From: a virus
Length of the DNA stretch: 55,564 nt
Direction: 5' to 3' (one strand)
Virus record (IMG/VR): IMGVR_UViG_3300045988_018915
Span: 1 to 55,564 of that record
A program made the translations under genes and the position numbers. Of this stretch, positions 23,933 to 33,680 are shown one piece after another. The notes under the pieces are model-generated. The model worked only from the letters and a program-made list of their open reading frames with translations, searched no databases and was not told the DNA's origin. Numbering within the stretch: position 1 is the stretch's first letter; the number at the start of each line of letters is the position of its first letter.

Positions 23933-24577
23933 TCACACTCCTTCCGGCTTCTCGAATCGTTCAAATTCAATAACCCAAACCCACGGATTCGCATCCCAGC
24001 CGTAGCTGCCAAGGTCGGATTTCTTGATTGTACTGTTCCATAATTCGGCAAATGCTTGCAACATTTCATCGGCTGTTGTTGGTTTATTAAACTGTAGCCC
24101 TTCTTTTGACGCATCGCTCGCCCACATCTCCTGCAACCGCTCCACCCTAACATCCGTAACCTTAAGCCAGATACGAGCGGCTTCTTTCGGCATGTGGATT
24201 GACGGGTGCCAAGCGCCTCTCCAACCTTCAGGTCGTAGATCTCCATCTGCCCTGTAATAATAGATTGGATGTCCCCGAAAATGACCTGCTTCATTGACCG
24301 GAAGTCCGCACCATGTTTCCCGGACATAAAGAATATCGCCCGGTTGATATGGAGCTTTGTATGCAGTTTTTATCAGTTCTATATCTGTCATATCGCAGTA
24401 TGGTTTGAACATGGGTTTCTTTTCTTTCAAGAATTCTTCAGGTGCTCCATTCTTGCATTTGTCAGGCAACATCCCTATGAACTGTTGCGGTTTCACAATT
24501 CTTCTGGTGCAGGTCTTCCGTCCGTCCAGAATTGCACGAACCATTTCTGTATTGAATAAAGTCGGTTTAATTGCCAT
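23933..24577 (-). CDS. ASCH/PUA-like domain protein
   Basis: N-terminus KPTLFNTEMVRAILDGRKTCTRRIVKPQ is typical of phage ASCH-like proteins. Confidence 0.55.
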   Translation of the reverse strand: MAIKPTLFNTEMVRAILDGRKTCTRRIVKPQQFIGMLPDKCKNGAPEEFLKEKKPMFKPYCDMTDIELIKTAYKAPYQPGDILYVRETWCGLPVNEAGHFRGHPIYYYRADGDLRPEGWRGAWHPSIHMPKEAARIWLKVTDVRVERLQEMWASDASKEGLQFNKPTTADEMLQAFAELWNSTIKKSDLGSYGWDANPWVWVIEFERFEKPEGV

Positions 24578-24979
24578 CTACTCCACCGCCTTTCACAATT
24601 TTAATTGCGTCATATATTGCCCTGTTCCATTCCAAATCTTCATCAGTTCGTACGAATCTGAACTTGTCGCTTAACTGTTCCACAACCTTGTCTACATCAT
24701 AGGCGGTCAGCTGTGCATCAATAACGCTCGCTATAGTCCCAGTATCTTCTTTTTCAGCAATAGTAGCTATCGGATTCTGACGTTTCATCGCCGTCTGGCA
24801 TTCTTCCACAGTGCCGATTGCTCGGTACTGTTCTACTTCTTCAAGTGCCTTGATTGCTACTCTAGTAGCTTTCGCAACTCTGCATCCCCATATTCACAAC
24901 TAAACGGGCTGTCTGTGCCTTGTGCGCATTCATAACAACTATCTTTCTTTAATATCTTAATTGCTTCATTCTCTGTCAT
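24567..24979 (-). pseudogene. gene split into two frames (40-aa N-terminal ORF 24857..24979 and a -1 frame open 24567..24893)
   Basis: Frame A reads MTENEAIKILKKDSCYECAQGTDSPFSCEYGDAELRKLLE*. The -1 frame continues ..WGCRVAKATRVAIKALEEVEQYRAIGTVEECQTAMKRQ... with no ATG. A GGGG run lies at 24886-89. Confidence 0.4.
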
Positions 24980-25500
24980 TCCTGCACCTCCAACAACTCC
25001 GGGTTGTCAAACGTATTGCCGATAACTTCTGCATCAACCATATTTATCCAATAACCTAAATCTTTTCTGTATCTTTTAGTATACTTGCCTGACCAGTCTA
25101 CATAAAATCCGACATGTTCAGTTTTGGTGCTATCAAAGCAACTCTGATAACTGCCGTATTTGATTTGTGCACAAGCATCACTAAATAAGTCTTTTACAAT
25201 ATCATTCTCCCAAATCAGATTTCCGTTCTTGTCATTTAAGCCTGTGCATTGGCAGATTGTAGATGGGTTAACTCTGTACCAATTTTCAAATCCAAGGTTT
25301 CCGTAACCATGTCCAATATGTTTTGTAAACATATTACTATTCTTGACAGGAATTATAATTGATTCCCATCCATCTGTTGCATCACAGCTTTGAATAAGAT
25401 TACCTTGCACCCATTCTCCATTGTCAAGTCTCTTTGCTTTGAAATATCTATCTTCCACATTCTCTCCTATTCCGCTTCTGATTGAAGCCAATCTTCCCAC
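24976..25500 (-). CDS. YopX-family protein
   Basis: C-terminal VIGNTFDNPELLE and overall layout resemble YopX. Confidence 0.7.
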   Translation of the reverse strand: MGRLASIRSGIGENVEDRYFKAKRLDNGEWVQGNLIQSCDATDGWESIIIPVKNSNMFTKHIGHGYGNLGFENWYRVNPSTICQCTGLNDKNGNLIWENDIVKDLFSDACAQIKYGSYQSCFDSTKTEHVGFYVDWSGKYTKRYRKDLGYWINMVDAEVIGNTFDNPELLEVQE

Positions 25501-25655
25501 TCGCCGTGTTCTTCTTCGCTCGGAAATTCATGTTCCATCCACTGATAATCTGATTTTACTTTGCAAAGAAACTCTGCCAACTCTTCATCTGACATATTCC
25601 TTATCCTGTCGGCATTGGTCTGCGGCTTTGCCATATTCTTCATACATTCAAGCAT
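25467..25655 (-). CDS. hypothetical protein
   Basis: Start trimmed to MLECMKNMAKPQTNADRIRNMSDEELAEFL, 6 nt after GAGG. Confidence 0.5.
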   Translation of the reverse strand: MLECMKNMAKPQTNADRIRNMSDEELAEFLCKVKSDYQWMEHEFPSEEEHGEWEDWLQSEAE

Positions 25656-26040
25656 CGGCATCCTCGCTTTCTGCAAGCTTGGCATATTCCCAATACAACG
25701 TATTGCCCTGTGAACTCCATGATGTCTTTCCATCTCTAAATGTATACACAAACCCATCTTTATATTTTGCAAAGTACCTCGGAAGCCATTCACCGCTTTC
25801 GCTATCTTTTACAAAAATTTTCGTATCGACTGCTACCTTACTCCAATCAACAGGTGGCTCAACGTATTCTGAATCTAACCATTCATACACTTTATGGTTA
25901 CATGAATAATTAGTGCTATGGAATCCGCACTCCGAACATCTCATCCTTGAGCATGGAGTAGGTTTGCCATCTTTAAGTGCAAGTTTACTACTTGCTGCAA
26001 TCTCAATGATTTTATCCGCATATTTTTCTCTGTTTAACAT
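25648..26040 (-). CDS. hypothetical protein
   Basis: 130-aa ORF. Confidence 0.6.
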   Translation of the reverse strand: MLNREKYADKIIEIAASSKLALKDGKPTPCSRMRCSECGFHSTNYSCNHKVYEWLDSEYVEPPVDWSKVAVDTKIFVKDSESGEWLPRYFAKYKDGFVYTFRDGKTSWSSQGNTLYWEYAKLAESEDADA

Positions 26041-26282
26041 TACGCGTCCTCCTTATCTAATCCAAATTCATCAATTATTAAGTTTATTCTTTGACCAATT
26101 CTTACAACCTCTTGTAGCAATATCCATATATCTTGATCGTCCGGATATTTTTCGTACAACTTTTCCGCAAGCGTAAATATATTTCCCCTGCTGCAAATCG
26201 CATATTCATTAGGCTTTGTGCAATTAAAGTCTGAATTGTATTTGCAGTTTTTAAAATTGCAAGCCGGCAAATCTACCCTCAT
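26040..26282 (-). CDS. hypothetical protein
   Basis: 80-aa ORF. Confidence 0.55.
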   Translation of the reverse strand: MRVDLPACNFKNCKYNSDFNCTKPNEYAICSRGNIFTLAEKLYEKYPDDQDIWILLQEVVRIGQRINLIIDEFGLDKEDA

Positions 26283-26284
26283 AT

Positions 26285-26884
26285 TTACACCTCCAAATCA
26301 CACACAAACTTAATCTCTTCCGACAAACTCTCAGCTATCATCGGCACCGTCAACTGAAACTGCTTATAATTCGCAAGTGTGTCGATGTAATCAACAAACT
26401 TATCCGAAAACTCCTGCAACTGCTCTCTTGTGAACTTGAACATCTTTTTCAGTGCCGTAAGAGTCAGTGCAAGATAGTTAAACATAGATGCACTAGAAAG
26501 CCTATATGCTTCACGTTCAACACAATGTCCTTTCCATGCATACAACCGCATCAATTGACTTTGTGGCACTCTATTCACGATCGATGTAACATCCAAATCG
26601 TATTTATCCTTAAGCATGAATGCCAAGGACGTTCCTTTCATGTTCGGATTATCAACAGATGCTTCGGAATATGCATTTACGGTTTGTTCAAGCCTTGCCA
26701 TACGCTTCTGACCAAATCCAAACTTGTCATGCAGGATAATGTAGCCAATCACGAGATAATCCTTATATGACTTGAATACGACTCTCTGTGTATTCCGCGT
26801 TTCAAAATCATTCCGACCGATGATAGTTGTATCTTTCTTCGTGAAGAATGTCGGTTTCTTCTTTCTCCTAAGTGCATTACTCAT
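26285..26884 (-). CDS. hypothetical protein
   Basis: ATG at 26884 after GGAGG; 199 aa. Confidence 0.6.
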   Translation of the reverse strand: MSNALRRKKKPTFFTKKDTTIIGRNDFETRNTQRVVFKSYKDYLVIGYIILHDKFGFGQKRMARLEQTVNAYSEASVDNPNMKGTSLAFMLKDKYDLDVTSIVNRVPQSQLMRLYAWKGHCVEREAYRLSSASMFNYLALTLTALKKMFKFTREQLQEFSDKFVDYIDTLANYKQFQLTVPMIAESLSEEIKFVCDLEV

Positions 26885-27135
26885 ACGATAGCCTCCTCTC
26901 TGTGTCTGCCTTTGATGCAAGTGTTCCAAAATATGCAACCAGGATCACACGTTTTGTTCTTCTCTCCGTAACTGCATTTTCTTCCACTGCCATAATCTGT
27001 AGGCGGAGTTTTAAATTTCTTATATGCTTTCGGATCTCTGTGCTCCGGTTTGGAATCTTGATAATTTTTCAAGCCCTCCGAAAGCTCTGCCCTCATGCGC
27101 TCTGCGCGCTTTTCCGCGTTTGTTCTATGCTTCAT
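26881..27135 (-). CDS. basic hypothetical protein
   Basis: 84-aa ORF. Confidence 0.5.
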   Translation of the reverse strand: MKHRTNAEKRAERMRAELSEGLKNYQDSKPEHRDPKAYKKFKTPPTDYGSGRKCSYGEKNKTCDPGCIFWNTCIKGRHREEAIV

Positions 27136-27145
27136 TTCTTGTTTC

Positions 27146-27385
27146 TCACATTCCGTAGCGTTTATTCAAATGTAGCCACTGCACATATGTCTTGCGCGTA
27201 AAAGGACGTATATCCTGCTGAAATTCGACTTTCCAATTTTCAAACACGTTGTCCTTTTTGCAAGCGATTCTATTCAATACGACATCTGCTGGTGCGCCAA
27301 TAATTTCCTTTGCTTTCCGTGACTCAACATCTTCGATGACTTCCTTTGTATCAAGATTAGTCAGTTTATATACTTTACTAGGCAT
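27146..27385 (-). CDS. hypothetical protein
   Basis: 79-aa ORF. Confidence 0.55.
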   Translation of the reverse strand: MPSKVYKLTNLDTKEVIEDVESRKAKEIIGAPADVVLNRIACKKDNVFENWKVEFQQDIRPFTRKTYVQWLHLNKRYGM

Positions 27386-27387
27386 TT

Positions 27388-28254
27388 TTATGTATCTCCT
27401 TTTTCTTGTGAATTTTTATGCAAAAGCATACCTTCCAAACTGTCGCAGTCGTATTGGCGCGGCGTGAAATTATTGAATCTGTTTTTGGATGCCAGCGAAT
27501 CTTTTTTTGATGATCCTGCATGTGGCTTGTCCTTGTTGTCGTAATTTCCATCAATAACTTTCGCCATATTCGCGTCCTTTATAAGCCAATCAAAATTAGC
27601 CGACCAATCGCGATCGTTGGATCCTTTCAAGAAATCAGATGCTTCGGCTTTCTCAAAAAGAGTCTTGAAATCATCAATGCTATAGCATTTCAATCTAGCA
27701 TTTATAGCTTTCTTACGAGCATCGGACAACGTTTTAACTTTTGGGTAAGAAACACAAGTTGTATGATATAGATTAACAATGTGCTTACATGTCACTTGCT
27801 CAATTTCTTCCGGCTCTACCTCTATATCTTTATCCTTACCTATACTATCCTTACCTTTACTTACCTTACCTACGGACACATCTTGTATACATCTCGTATC
27901 CATTTTACTTTCGTCAAGCGTATAAGCCTTATTTTTTTTGAGACCAAGCATCGACTTTTCATCAACATAATCAGTGGGTTTGTATCTGTCTGATTGTATA
28001 TAATTGTGCATTTTCCAATGCTTTATCACAATAATTCCACTCTCAAACAATATGACAAACGACTTAGCGACAAGAAGTTTAAAATCATCATCCGATGCAC
28101 CACACATACGTTGTATTTTCTTGGGATTGTTGACAAAACCATCATCATCAGCATTCATTGATAAATGGAAATAAAGCATTTGCGTGCTGCTAGGCATATC
28201 TAAAAAGGCGTCGCTTTCGGTTATCTTCTTTGCGAACATTCTCCTTTCTGCCAT
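27388..28254 (-). CDS. phage replisome organizer (N-terminal organizer domain plus DnaD-like conserved phage C-terminus)
   Basis: RRMFAKKITESDAFLDMPSSTQMLYFHLSMNADDDGFVNNPKKI at the N-terminus. C-terminal WSANFDWLIKDANMAKVIDGNY. Confidence 0.75.
   Translation of the reverse strand: MAERRMFAKKITESDAFLDMPSSTQMLYFHLSMNADDDGFVNNPKKIQRMCGASDDDFKLLVAKSFVILFESGIIVIKHWKMHNYIQSDRYKPTDYVDEKSMLGLKKNKAYTLDESKMDTRCIQDVSVGKVSKGKDSIGKDKDIEVEPEEIEQVTCKHIVNLYHTTCVSYPKVKTLSDARKKAINARLKCYSIDDFKTLFEKAEASDFLKGSNDRDWSANFDWLIKDANMAKVIDGNYDNKDKPHAGSSKKDSLASKNRFNNFTPRQYDCDSLEGMLLHKNSQEKGDT
27860..27900. repeat. ori-like repeats inside the replisome-organizer linker
   Basis: cttaccttacctacgga (27860-76), identical to 12943-59, followed by TGTATACA and GTATCC boxes. 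Confidence 0.6.
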
Positions 28255-28851
28255 TTAATCACTCTCCTCATATGTATTTTCAGAAATCAAAGTCATAAAC
28301 TTCTCATACTGCTTTTCAGAAACCTTGTTGCCCTGTTTCTCCGGCTTTAAGCGGATTTCAAGGTGCTTTTCAGCAATATGCGATAATTCCTTGGCGAGAC
28401 TCTTTTTGCCTTGCTTAATGCCGTCATAATAGCCTTTTGCCGGACGGTAATCATCAATCTTAGCTTTGCCCTCTCCCTGTGACCCACTCGTCTTATTTCG
28501 AAGTTGATAACCTTTGTCTGCACAATACTTAATCCATCGTTGTTCTTCCTCGTTAAGTCTGTCTACAGGACAATGTTGAATGCAAACTCCCCATCCATGC
28601 GGATTATCCTCTGAATGCAGTCCGTGAGACTTCAAGCTAAGGTCTATGTGCTGATACCCAGAAAGGTGTTGCGACAATCTGGTTAAAATATGCTTTGCCT
28701 GCCCCACATAAGCATATCTAAACCCGTTTTCGTCCTGTCTTGTCAAAATATAAATTCCGCTTGATTCATCAAGCATTGGATTCAATGCAAGCCATTTCTG
28801 CTTGTTCTTGGCTTCAATCGCCTTTGCCTGCCGGAATTTCTGATAGTCCAA
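28255..28851 (-). CDS. GIY-YIG nuclease-domain protein (homing-endonuclease-like)
   Basis: SGIYILTRQDENGFRYAYVGQAKHILTRLSQH matches the GIY-N10-YVG pattern. Confidence 0.7.
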   Translation of the reverse strand: MDYQKFRQAKAIEAKNKQKWLALNPMLDESSGIYILTRQDENGFRYAYVGQAKHILTRLSQHLSGYQHIDLSLKSHGLHSEDNPHGWGVCIQHCPVDRLNEEEQRWIKYCADKGYQLRNKTSGSQGEGKAKIDDYRPAKGYYDGIKQGKKSLAKELSHIAEKHLEIRLKPEKQGNKVSEKQYEKFMTLISENTYEESD

Positions 28852-29215
28852 CGCGATTCCTCCTTTCCAACGGCTTCATGTTCTGCGCAGCTACATACTT
28901 TCCATAGCTGACACCACTTTTTCTAGCAGCCTTATTAATTTGATTTATCGTGCGGATTCTCTTTCTAGGTTTTCGATCCTCAACGTCCTTATGTCTACCG
29001 TTTGGAGACGGTAAGCACTCAAAGCAAAATTCCCTTTTGTCGCTCATGGATCTAAAATTAAGACCGCATTTAGGGCAAGTTTTGTAATAAATCGTCTTGC
29101 CACGTCTTTCCATTGTGACTGAAAAATTCAGCCTCTTGGTGCATCTTGAACTGCAATCCAACTGATTTTTATGCCTAGGTTCAAATTCCCTTCCGCAATA
29201 TCTGCAAATACTCAT
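28814..29215 (-). CDS. double zinc-ribbon, basic protein
   Basis: Start trimmed to MSICRYCGREF...CPKCG...CFEC, after AAAGAGG. Confidence 0.5.
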   Translation of the reverse strand: MSICRYCGREFEPRHKNQLDCSSRCTKRLNFSVTMERRGKTIYYKTCPKCGLNFRSMSDKREFCFECLPSPNGRHKDVEDRKPRKRIRTINQINKAARKSGVSYGKYVAAQNMKPLERRNRVGLSEIPAGKGD

Positions 29216-29364
29216 ATCCTTTACCTCTTTTGTTTTGGCGGCACGCAGGGGACGCACCGCCACGGTAACGAACGGCTTACAATAAGTTCTGTGATAACTA
29301 TTCAAATTCGCCGTTTATGCGTTAGAATGGTTTCTTTCGCTTTTCAGCTGGTGTTTCAACCTAG

Positions 29365-29568
29365 TTATTCCTCGATTACTTCAAGCTCACACTCTTTTAA
29401 AGCGTTGTACTCGCTTGATTCATAACTGCTAAGTGCTTTTTCCGGAGAATATGCCGATTCTTTTGCACAATATGGCACAGTACTGGTTTGTAATGCAACA
29501 ACGATTTCTCCCGGTTTAAAAAACCCATAATCATCACTAATAACTCTGCACTTTGTTCCTTTCTCCAT
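29365..29568 (-). CDS. hypothetical protein
   Basis: AGGAGAAAGC-ATG; 67 aa. Confidence 0.5.
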   Translation of the reverse strand: MEKGTKCRVISDDYGFFKPGEIVVALQTSTVPYCAKESAYSPEKALSSYESSEYNALKECELEVIEE

Positions 29569-29579
29569 GCTTTCTCCTT

Positions 29580-30322
29580 TCAGAACGGACAAAGGTTCAT
29601 ATCAACCTCTAACCCTTTTTCTGCAACATAAACATTCGTTCCGTATTTAACTGTTTCTTTTGCTTTTTGTGAAAATTTCGCGGGATCACCGCATTTATCC
29701 GATAAGTGAATTAGAATGACATTCCTAAGTGCAGGATTGTCGTTAGTCTTAATAAATTTAAGTGCCGTATCAAGGCTCATATGCCCTCGCAGGCGGTGTT
29801 CGTAGTTCGGCTCATTCCGGTCTACCAAGTCCATACTGTAATTGGCTTCAACCATGATATGTTCAATGTTAAACTTCGAAAAGTTGTACTTGCAATATTC
29901 CAAGTCGGTCAAGAACAATAACTGCCCCATTTCCTCATGCTTGATTAAATATCCGTAGCACTCGATTTCCGTGTCGTGCGGTACATTGAACGGTGTTACC
30001 GTAAAACTTCCAATTTGCCGCGCTACAAGAGGTGAGAGAGGTGTTGTGCGCTCTCCGGTAATAACTTCTAGCGCGGTTTGGGTTTCAAATGCCGTATAAA
30101 CCGGAATACCAGATTTCATAAAGTCTTTTATGTAATACGCATGATCGCTCAACCATGTTCGTGAGAAACAATGCAACCAACCACATTTGAGATTTTCCAA
30201 CCAATCGTCTTCTTGAAATCAAGAAATTTGCATCCGGCTTCAATAGCAAGGATTTCTCCGTTATCTGCAATTAAAGCATATGAGTTACCAGATGATCCTG
30301 ATCCGCAACATCTCATGAACAT
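29580..30322 (-). pseudogene. metallo-beta-lactamase-fold hydrolase interrupted by a frameshift inside the HxHxDH motif
   Basis: Frame 1 (30322..30149) reads MFMRCCGSGSSGNSYALIADNGEILAIEAG...CIVSHEHG-TGA. The -1 frame continues (L)SDHAYYIKDFMKSGIPVY... to 29580. Confidence 0.6.
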
Positions 30323-30339
30323 TAAACCACCTCACTTTC

Positions 30340-30522
30340 TTAATACAAATACTGTAGAATCTGGTATAAAAACTGACCGAATATTATAAGAATCCACATA
30401 ACTGGGATGAATACATCACTTTTCCAAACTTCCTCTTGCTGAATTTTCTTGTAAATATGAAATCCAATCATCCAAACAAGCCAAGGAATATATGCTATTA
30501 GTCCGAATAATACTTTTCCCAT
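30340..30522 (-). CDS. small membrane protein
   Basis: 60 aa with two hydrophobic helices. Confidence 0.5.
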   Translation of the reverse strand: MGKVLFGLIAYIPWLVWMIGFHIYKKIQQEEVWKSDVFIPVMWILIIFGQFLYQILQYLY

Positions 30523-30525
30523 ACC

Positions 30526-30861
30526 CTACTCCAATTCTTCCTCTGCAAGAAACTGAAAATATTCTGTTGTAGCTTTCTTAAACATTTCTTCACTTAACGC
30601 TTGGGTAAATTCCGTGAAGTGTTCTGAATTGGCAATATGATGATAAAATTCATTATTTTCATACGCAATTCTAATCATTTCCATAGCTTTCTTTGCTTTT
30701 TCTTCGGTGGAATAAGTGGCGATCTTCACTGACGAAGAACCTTCTGGATGAATCAAGTGTCCATTTATGTGATACTCTCTTTTATCTCCACTGCAACCAA
30801 GAGTGATTAGCACCTCTTCATATGGTACATCAATTGTTCCGTCCTGTGATATAACTCTCAT
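30526..30861 (-). CDS. hypothetical protein
   Basis: 111-aa ORF. Confidence 0.6.
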   Translation of the reverse strand: MRVISQDGTIDVPYEEVLITLGCSGDKREYHINGHLIHPEGSSSVKIATYSTEEKAKKAMEMIRIAYENNEFYHHIANSEHFTEFTQALSEEMFKKATTEYFQFLAEEELE

Positions 30862-30870
30862 AGACTCCTC

Positions 30871-31083
30871 CTATCTGAAAAACAAAAACCAAATAAGTGC
30901 CACGAACGAATCAATGAGTGCTGCGATAAACACGATTGCAAAAACAACCCTGCCAAAAGTGACCTTGTAAGGAATGCCGAGAGCATGACGTATTTCTTCT
31001 TCTAAACTAATGCCGGAAGCAACAAACTTTCCTATAACGAAAAACAAAACCCATAACAAAATTGCAATTTTAACAAAAATCAT
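30871..31083 (-). CDS. small membrane protein
   Basis: 70 aa with two hydrophobic helices. Confidence 0.55.
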   Translation of the reverse strand: MIFVKIAILLWVLFFVIGKFVASGISLEEEIRHALGIPYKVTFGRVVFAIVFIAALIDSFVALIWFLFFR

Positions 31084-31092
31084 AATGCCCTC

Positions 31093-32196
31093 CTAATTCT
31101 TCATAAAATCCGGCACATCTGCATCCATAGAAATCTTACGATCATCTTTCACCGGAATTTCTGCATCCAAATGCGCTCCAACCGACTTCTCAACACCATC
31201 CTTCACGGATTCCTTTACTTCTGCATCTGCAACAATAAAGTCCTCTGAATTGGCATTCTCGGCAATTTCTTCCTGTGACTGCTGATATGTTTCATCCATC
31301 TGTATAAGTGACTGTGTAGCCATTGCGTTAAGGTCTTTCGGATGCTTCTTGATTGCATTGTTGCGCATTTTACGAACAATCATAGCTTCGGAAGTTTCCT
31401 TCCATGCAGCGCTCATATAAGGTCTCGCGACTTCGCAAGCGAGCATTTCTTCCAACGTCTTGCATCCAAGAAGCGCGCTGATAATATCGTCTTTTTTAGC
31501 ATTAATTTCAGCCTTTTGCTTATCGGTTGCCTTGCGCTTATTCTCGCAAATTCCAAACGTTTCATTCAAAAGATTGTTGCGCACATGAGCCAAGAGATTT
31601 CCTTTTACACCCTCTCGCTCTGCAATCATATATTCAATCTTTCCACCATCCATCTCGACCGGATAGACAACACGAATTACTTTCTGCGACAATCCTTTTT
31701 CTTCCCACTCTGGAGGAGTAATTTCAACGCCCTTATGCTTTGGGTATGTGAATTCGTCTCCTTCTTTCACAAGCCATACCGGATATACCTTTTTAACACC
31801 AACGCCAAAGTTGCGAAGAAGTGCGTCGTTTCCGTCTCCCTCGATACCCATTTCAACCTCTTTGTACCAATTTCCATTAGCATCTTGCTTGTTTCTTAAC
31901 TGAAAATAGCACTCTCGAGGAACTGCATTTGCGTTGAGCTTAAGGCTGGAAACCTGACCGATAACTTGTCTCAAATTTGAACAGTTAAGGTTCTCCATAG
32001 CCGCCTTGTTAGATGTAACAAGGTTGTAAATCGCACTCATAGATGCCATAACGCACTGTTTCGAATAATCATCAAATACAAGACCGTGTTCCTCAAAATC
32101 GCGTTCCATAAGTCCGGTGTACTGATTTGCATAAAACGAAAGTCTTGTATTCAGTTCCGGCTTAGTCGCTACTTCCTGCTTCTTTTCTTCTGCCAT
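31093..32196 (-). CDS. putative single-strand annealing protein (RecT-like)
   Basis: 367 aa. The call is based on position between the SSB/ATPase and MBL genes and on general resemblance. No diagnostic motif was verified. Confidence 0.4.
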   Translation of the reverse strand: MAEEKKQEVATKPELNTRLSFYANQYTGLMERDFEEHGLVFDDYSKQCVMASMSAIYNLVTSNKAAMENLNCSNLRQVIGQVSSLKLNANAVPRECYFQLRNKQDANGNWYKEVEMGIEGDGNDALLRNFGVGVKKVYPVWLVKEGDEFTYPKHKGVEITPPEWEEKGLSQKVIRVVYPVEMDGGKIEYMIAEREGVKGNLLAHVRNNLLNETFGICENKRKATDKQKAEINAKKDDIISALLGCKTLEEMLACEVARPYMSAAWKETSEAMIVRKMRNNAIKKHPKDLNAMATQSLIQMDETYQQSQEEIAENANSEDFIVADAEVKESVKDGVEKSVGAHLDAEIPVKDDRKISMDADVPDFMKN

Positions 32197-32198
32197 AA

Positions 32199-32942
32199 TT
32201 ATCTCCTTCCTAACGCGATATCTTTAACAAAATCAATAGCCTCACAATGCGATAAACCGCCCTCACTTTCAAGCGCTTTAATCATATGACCGGTCATCTT
32301 TGCCGCTTCGTCGATATCGTCACAATCCTCGGATTCTTCCGGCTGATAGTTTTCGAGAACGACGTATTCTCTGTTGTAAAGATGAATATTGATACCACCT
32401 GCATTAATCATAGCGTTTCCACCTTTGTAAATAGCAACAATCTTATAGATTTCTCCTTTCTCGTAACATCCAAGACTAAAGACAGGCTCTACGATCTTTA
32501 CATACTCTCCAACCTTTGCCGTGCGCCTAACTTCTTTGACTTCCTTAGTGTTCTTAGGAACAGTCTCATTTTTACCGCCCATGAGTCTGTCAAAAGCAAG
32601 TCTAGCACCAATATGGAAATCAAACTTATCAGTAGGATTGCAACGTGCTTCTGCTTTTTCTCCGGTTGACTTGTCAAGCGCGATAACCTTATTGTTGTTG
32701 CGATAAATGACGATGGTATCGTCACTATTTTTGACAATGCCAAGATCCTCCGTTTTAACAAAATACGTTTTTCCGATCAACCCTATATTCGAAGGATAAG
32801 AAAGAATTTTAACTACATAAAAGTGCAAATCTTCTCTGTAGCCAACAATTTTTCCGAGTTCCATTCTCTCGTCAGTAATCGCACATCCATTATTTGGCTT
32901 CCCCTTGACAAGATCTCCAATTCTTAATTTACGTTTTGCCAT
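32199..32942 (-). CDS. hypothetical protein
   Basis: 247-aa ORF. Confidence 0.6.
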   Translation of the reverse strand: MAKRKLRIGDLVKGKPNNGCAITDERMELGKIVGYREDLHFYVVKILSYPSNIGLIGKTYFVKTEDLGIVKNSDDTIVIYRNNNKVIALDKSTGEKAEARCNPTDKFDFHIGARLAFDRLMGGKNETVPKNTKEVKEVRRTAKVGEYVKIVEPVFSLGCYEKGEIYKIVAIYKGGNAMINAGGINIHLYNREYVVLENYQPEESEDCDDIDEAAKMTGHMIKALESEGGLSHCEAIDFVKDIALGRR

Positions 32943-33116
32943 TTTTGCTACCTCGCTTTCTTAAACTTCATTAAATGCCTGTACTGCGAACAACTCATTT
33001 GCAGTTCTCTTATAAACACTGCCATCGATTTTTACGACATACTCAATGCCTTCCTTTGCAAGTTCAACCTTGCAAATTCCTTTTCCTGTACAAACTGTCT
33101 TTTTCTGTAAAATCAT

Positions 33117-33680
33117 TTATTTTTCCTCGCTTTCTTCAAACTGCTTTAACTGCCCCGCTAACTTCTTGCACTCATCTGCAACATATTCCTCTGTGCGGAC
33201 AACATCGCCCTCGATCGGAAATTCGCTTTCGATAGCCAAACGAGCCATATATCCTTCTTTACTGTCCGGGAACTTCTCTATTGCATACTTCAAATCCGCC
33301 TTATCTCCTGCATGACCGCAATCAAATCCAAACCACCAGAAATCGCTTTCGATTGGATAATCTGTATTTTCGCCACCGTCAGCGTAGGCAATGCCGCCAT
33401 GACACTGAAAATATGCTTCAATGCGGATTCTTTCGTCTTTATCAAAGCAAGCGCCAAGCAAAGGAAAAATTCCACTCACTGTTCTGTCTCCAATGTCGGC
33501 TTTCTTGATTTCAAGGTGGTCGCTATAATCCTTTCCGTATAATGGATGATTCTTTGGGATGCCGACATAACCGCATCTGTGTCCCATGCGCGTAAATACT
33601 ACTACGCATTTATATCCTGCGTGTTCAAACTCACGCTCGATGATATATCTGTCACTCATGTGCAACCTCGCTTTCTTCAT
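33117..33680 (-). CDS. hypothetical protein
   Basis: 187-aa ORF. Confidence 0.6.
   Translation of the reverse strand: MKKARLHMSDRYIIEREFEHAGYKCVVVFTRMGHRCGYVGIPKNHPLYGKDYSDHLEIKKADIGDRTVSGIFPLLGACFDKDERIRIEAYFQCHGGIAYADGGENTDYPIESDFWWFGFDCGHAGDKADLKYAIEKFPDSKEGYMARLAIESEFPIEGDVVRTEEYVADECKKLAGQLKQFEESEEK

Noticed and set aside
30085-30270. 61-aa minus-strand ORF at the MBL frameshift
   Set aside because: It is the third frame across the broken MBL gene. The other two frames carry recognisable MBL sequence.
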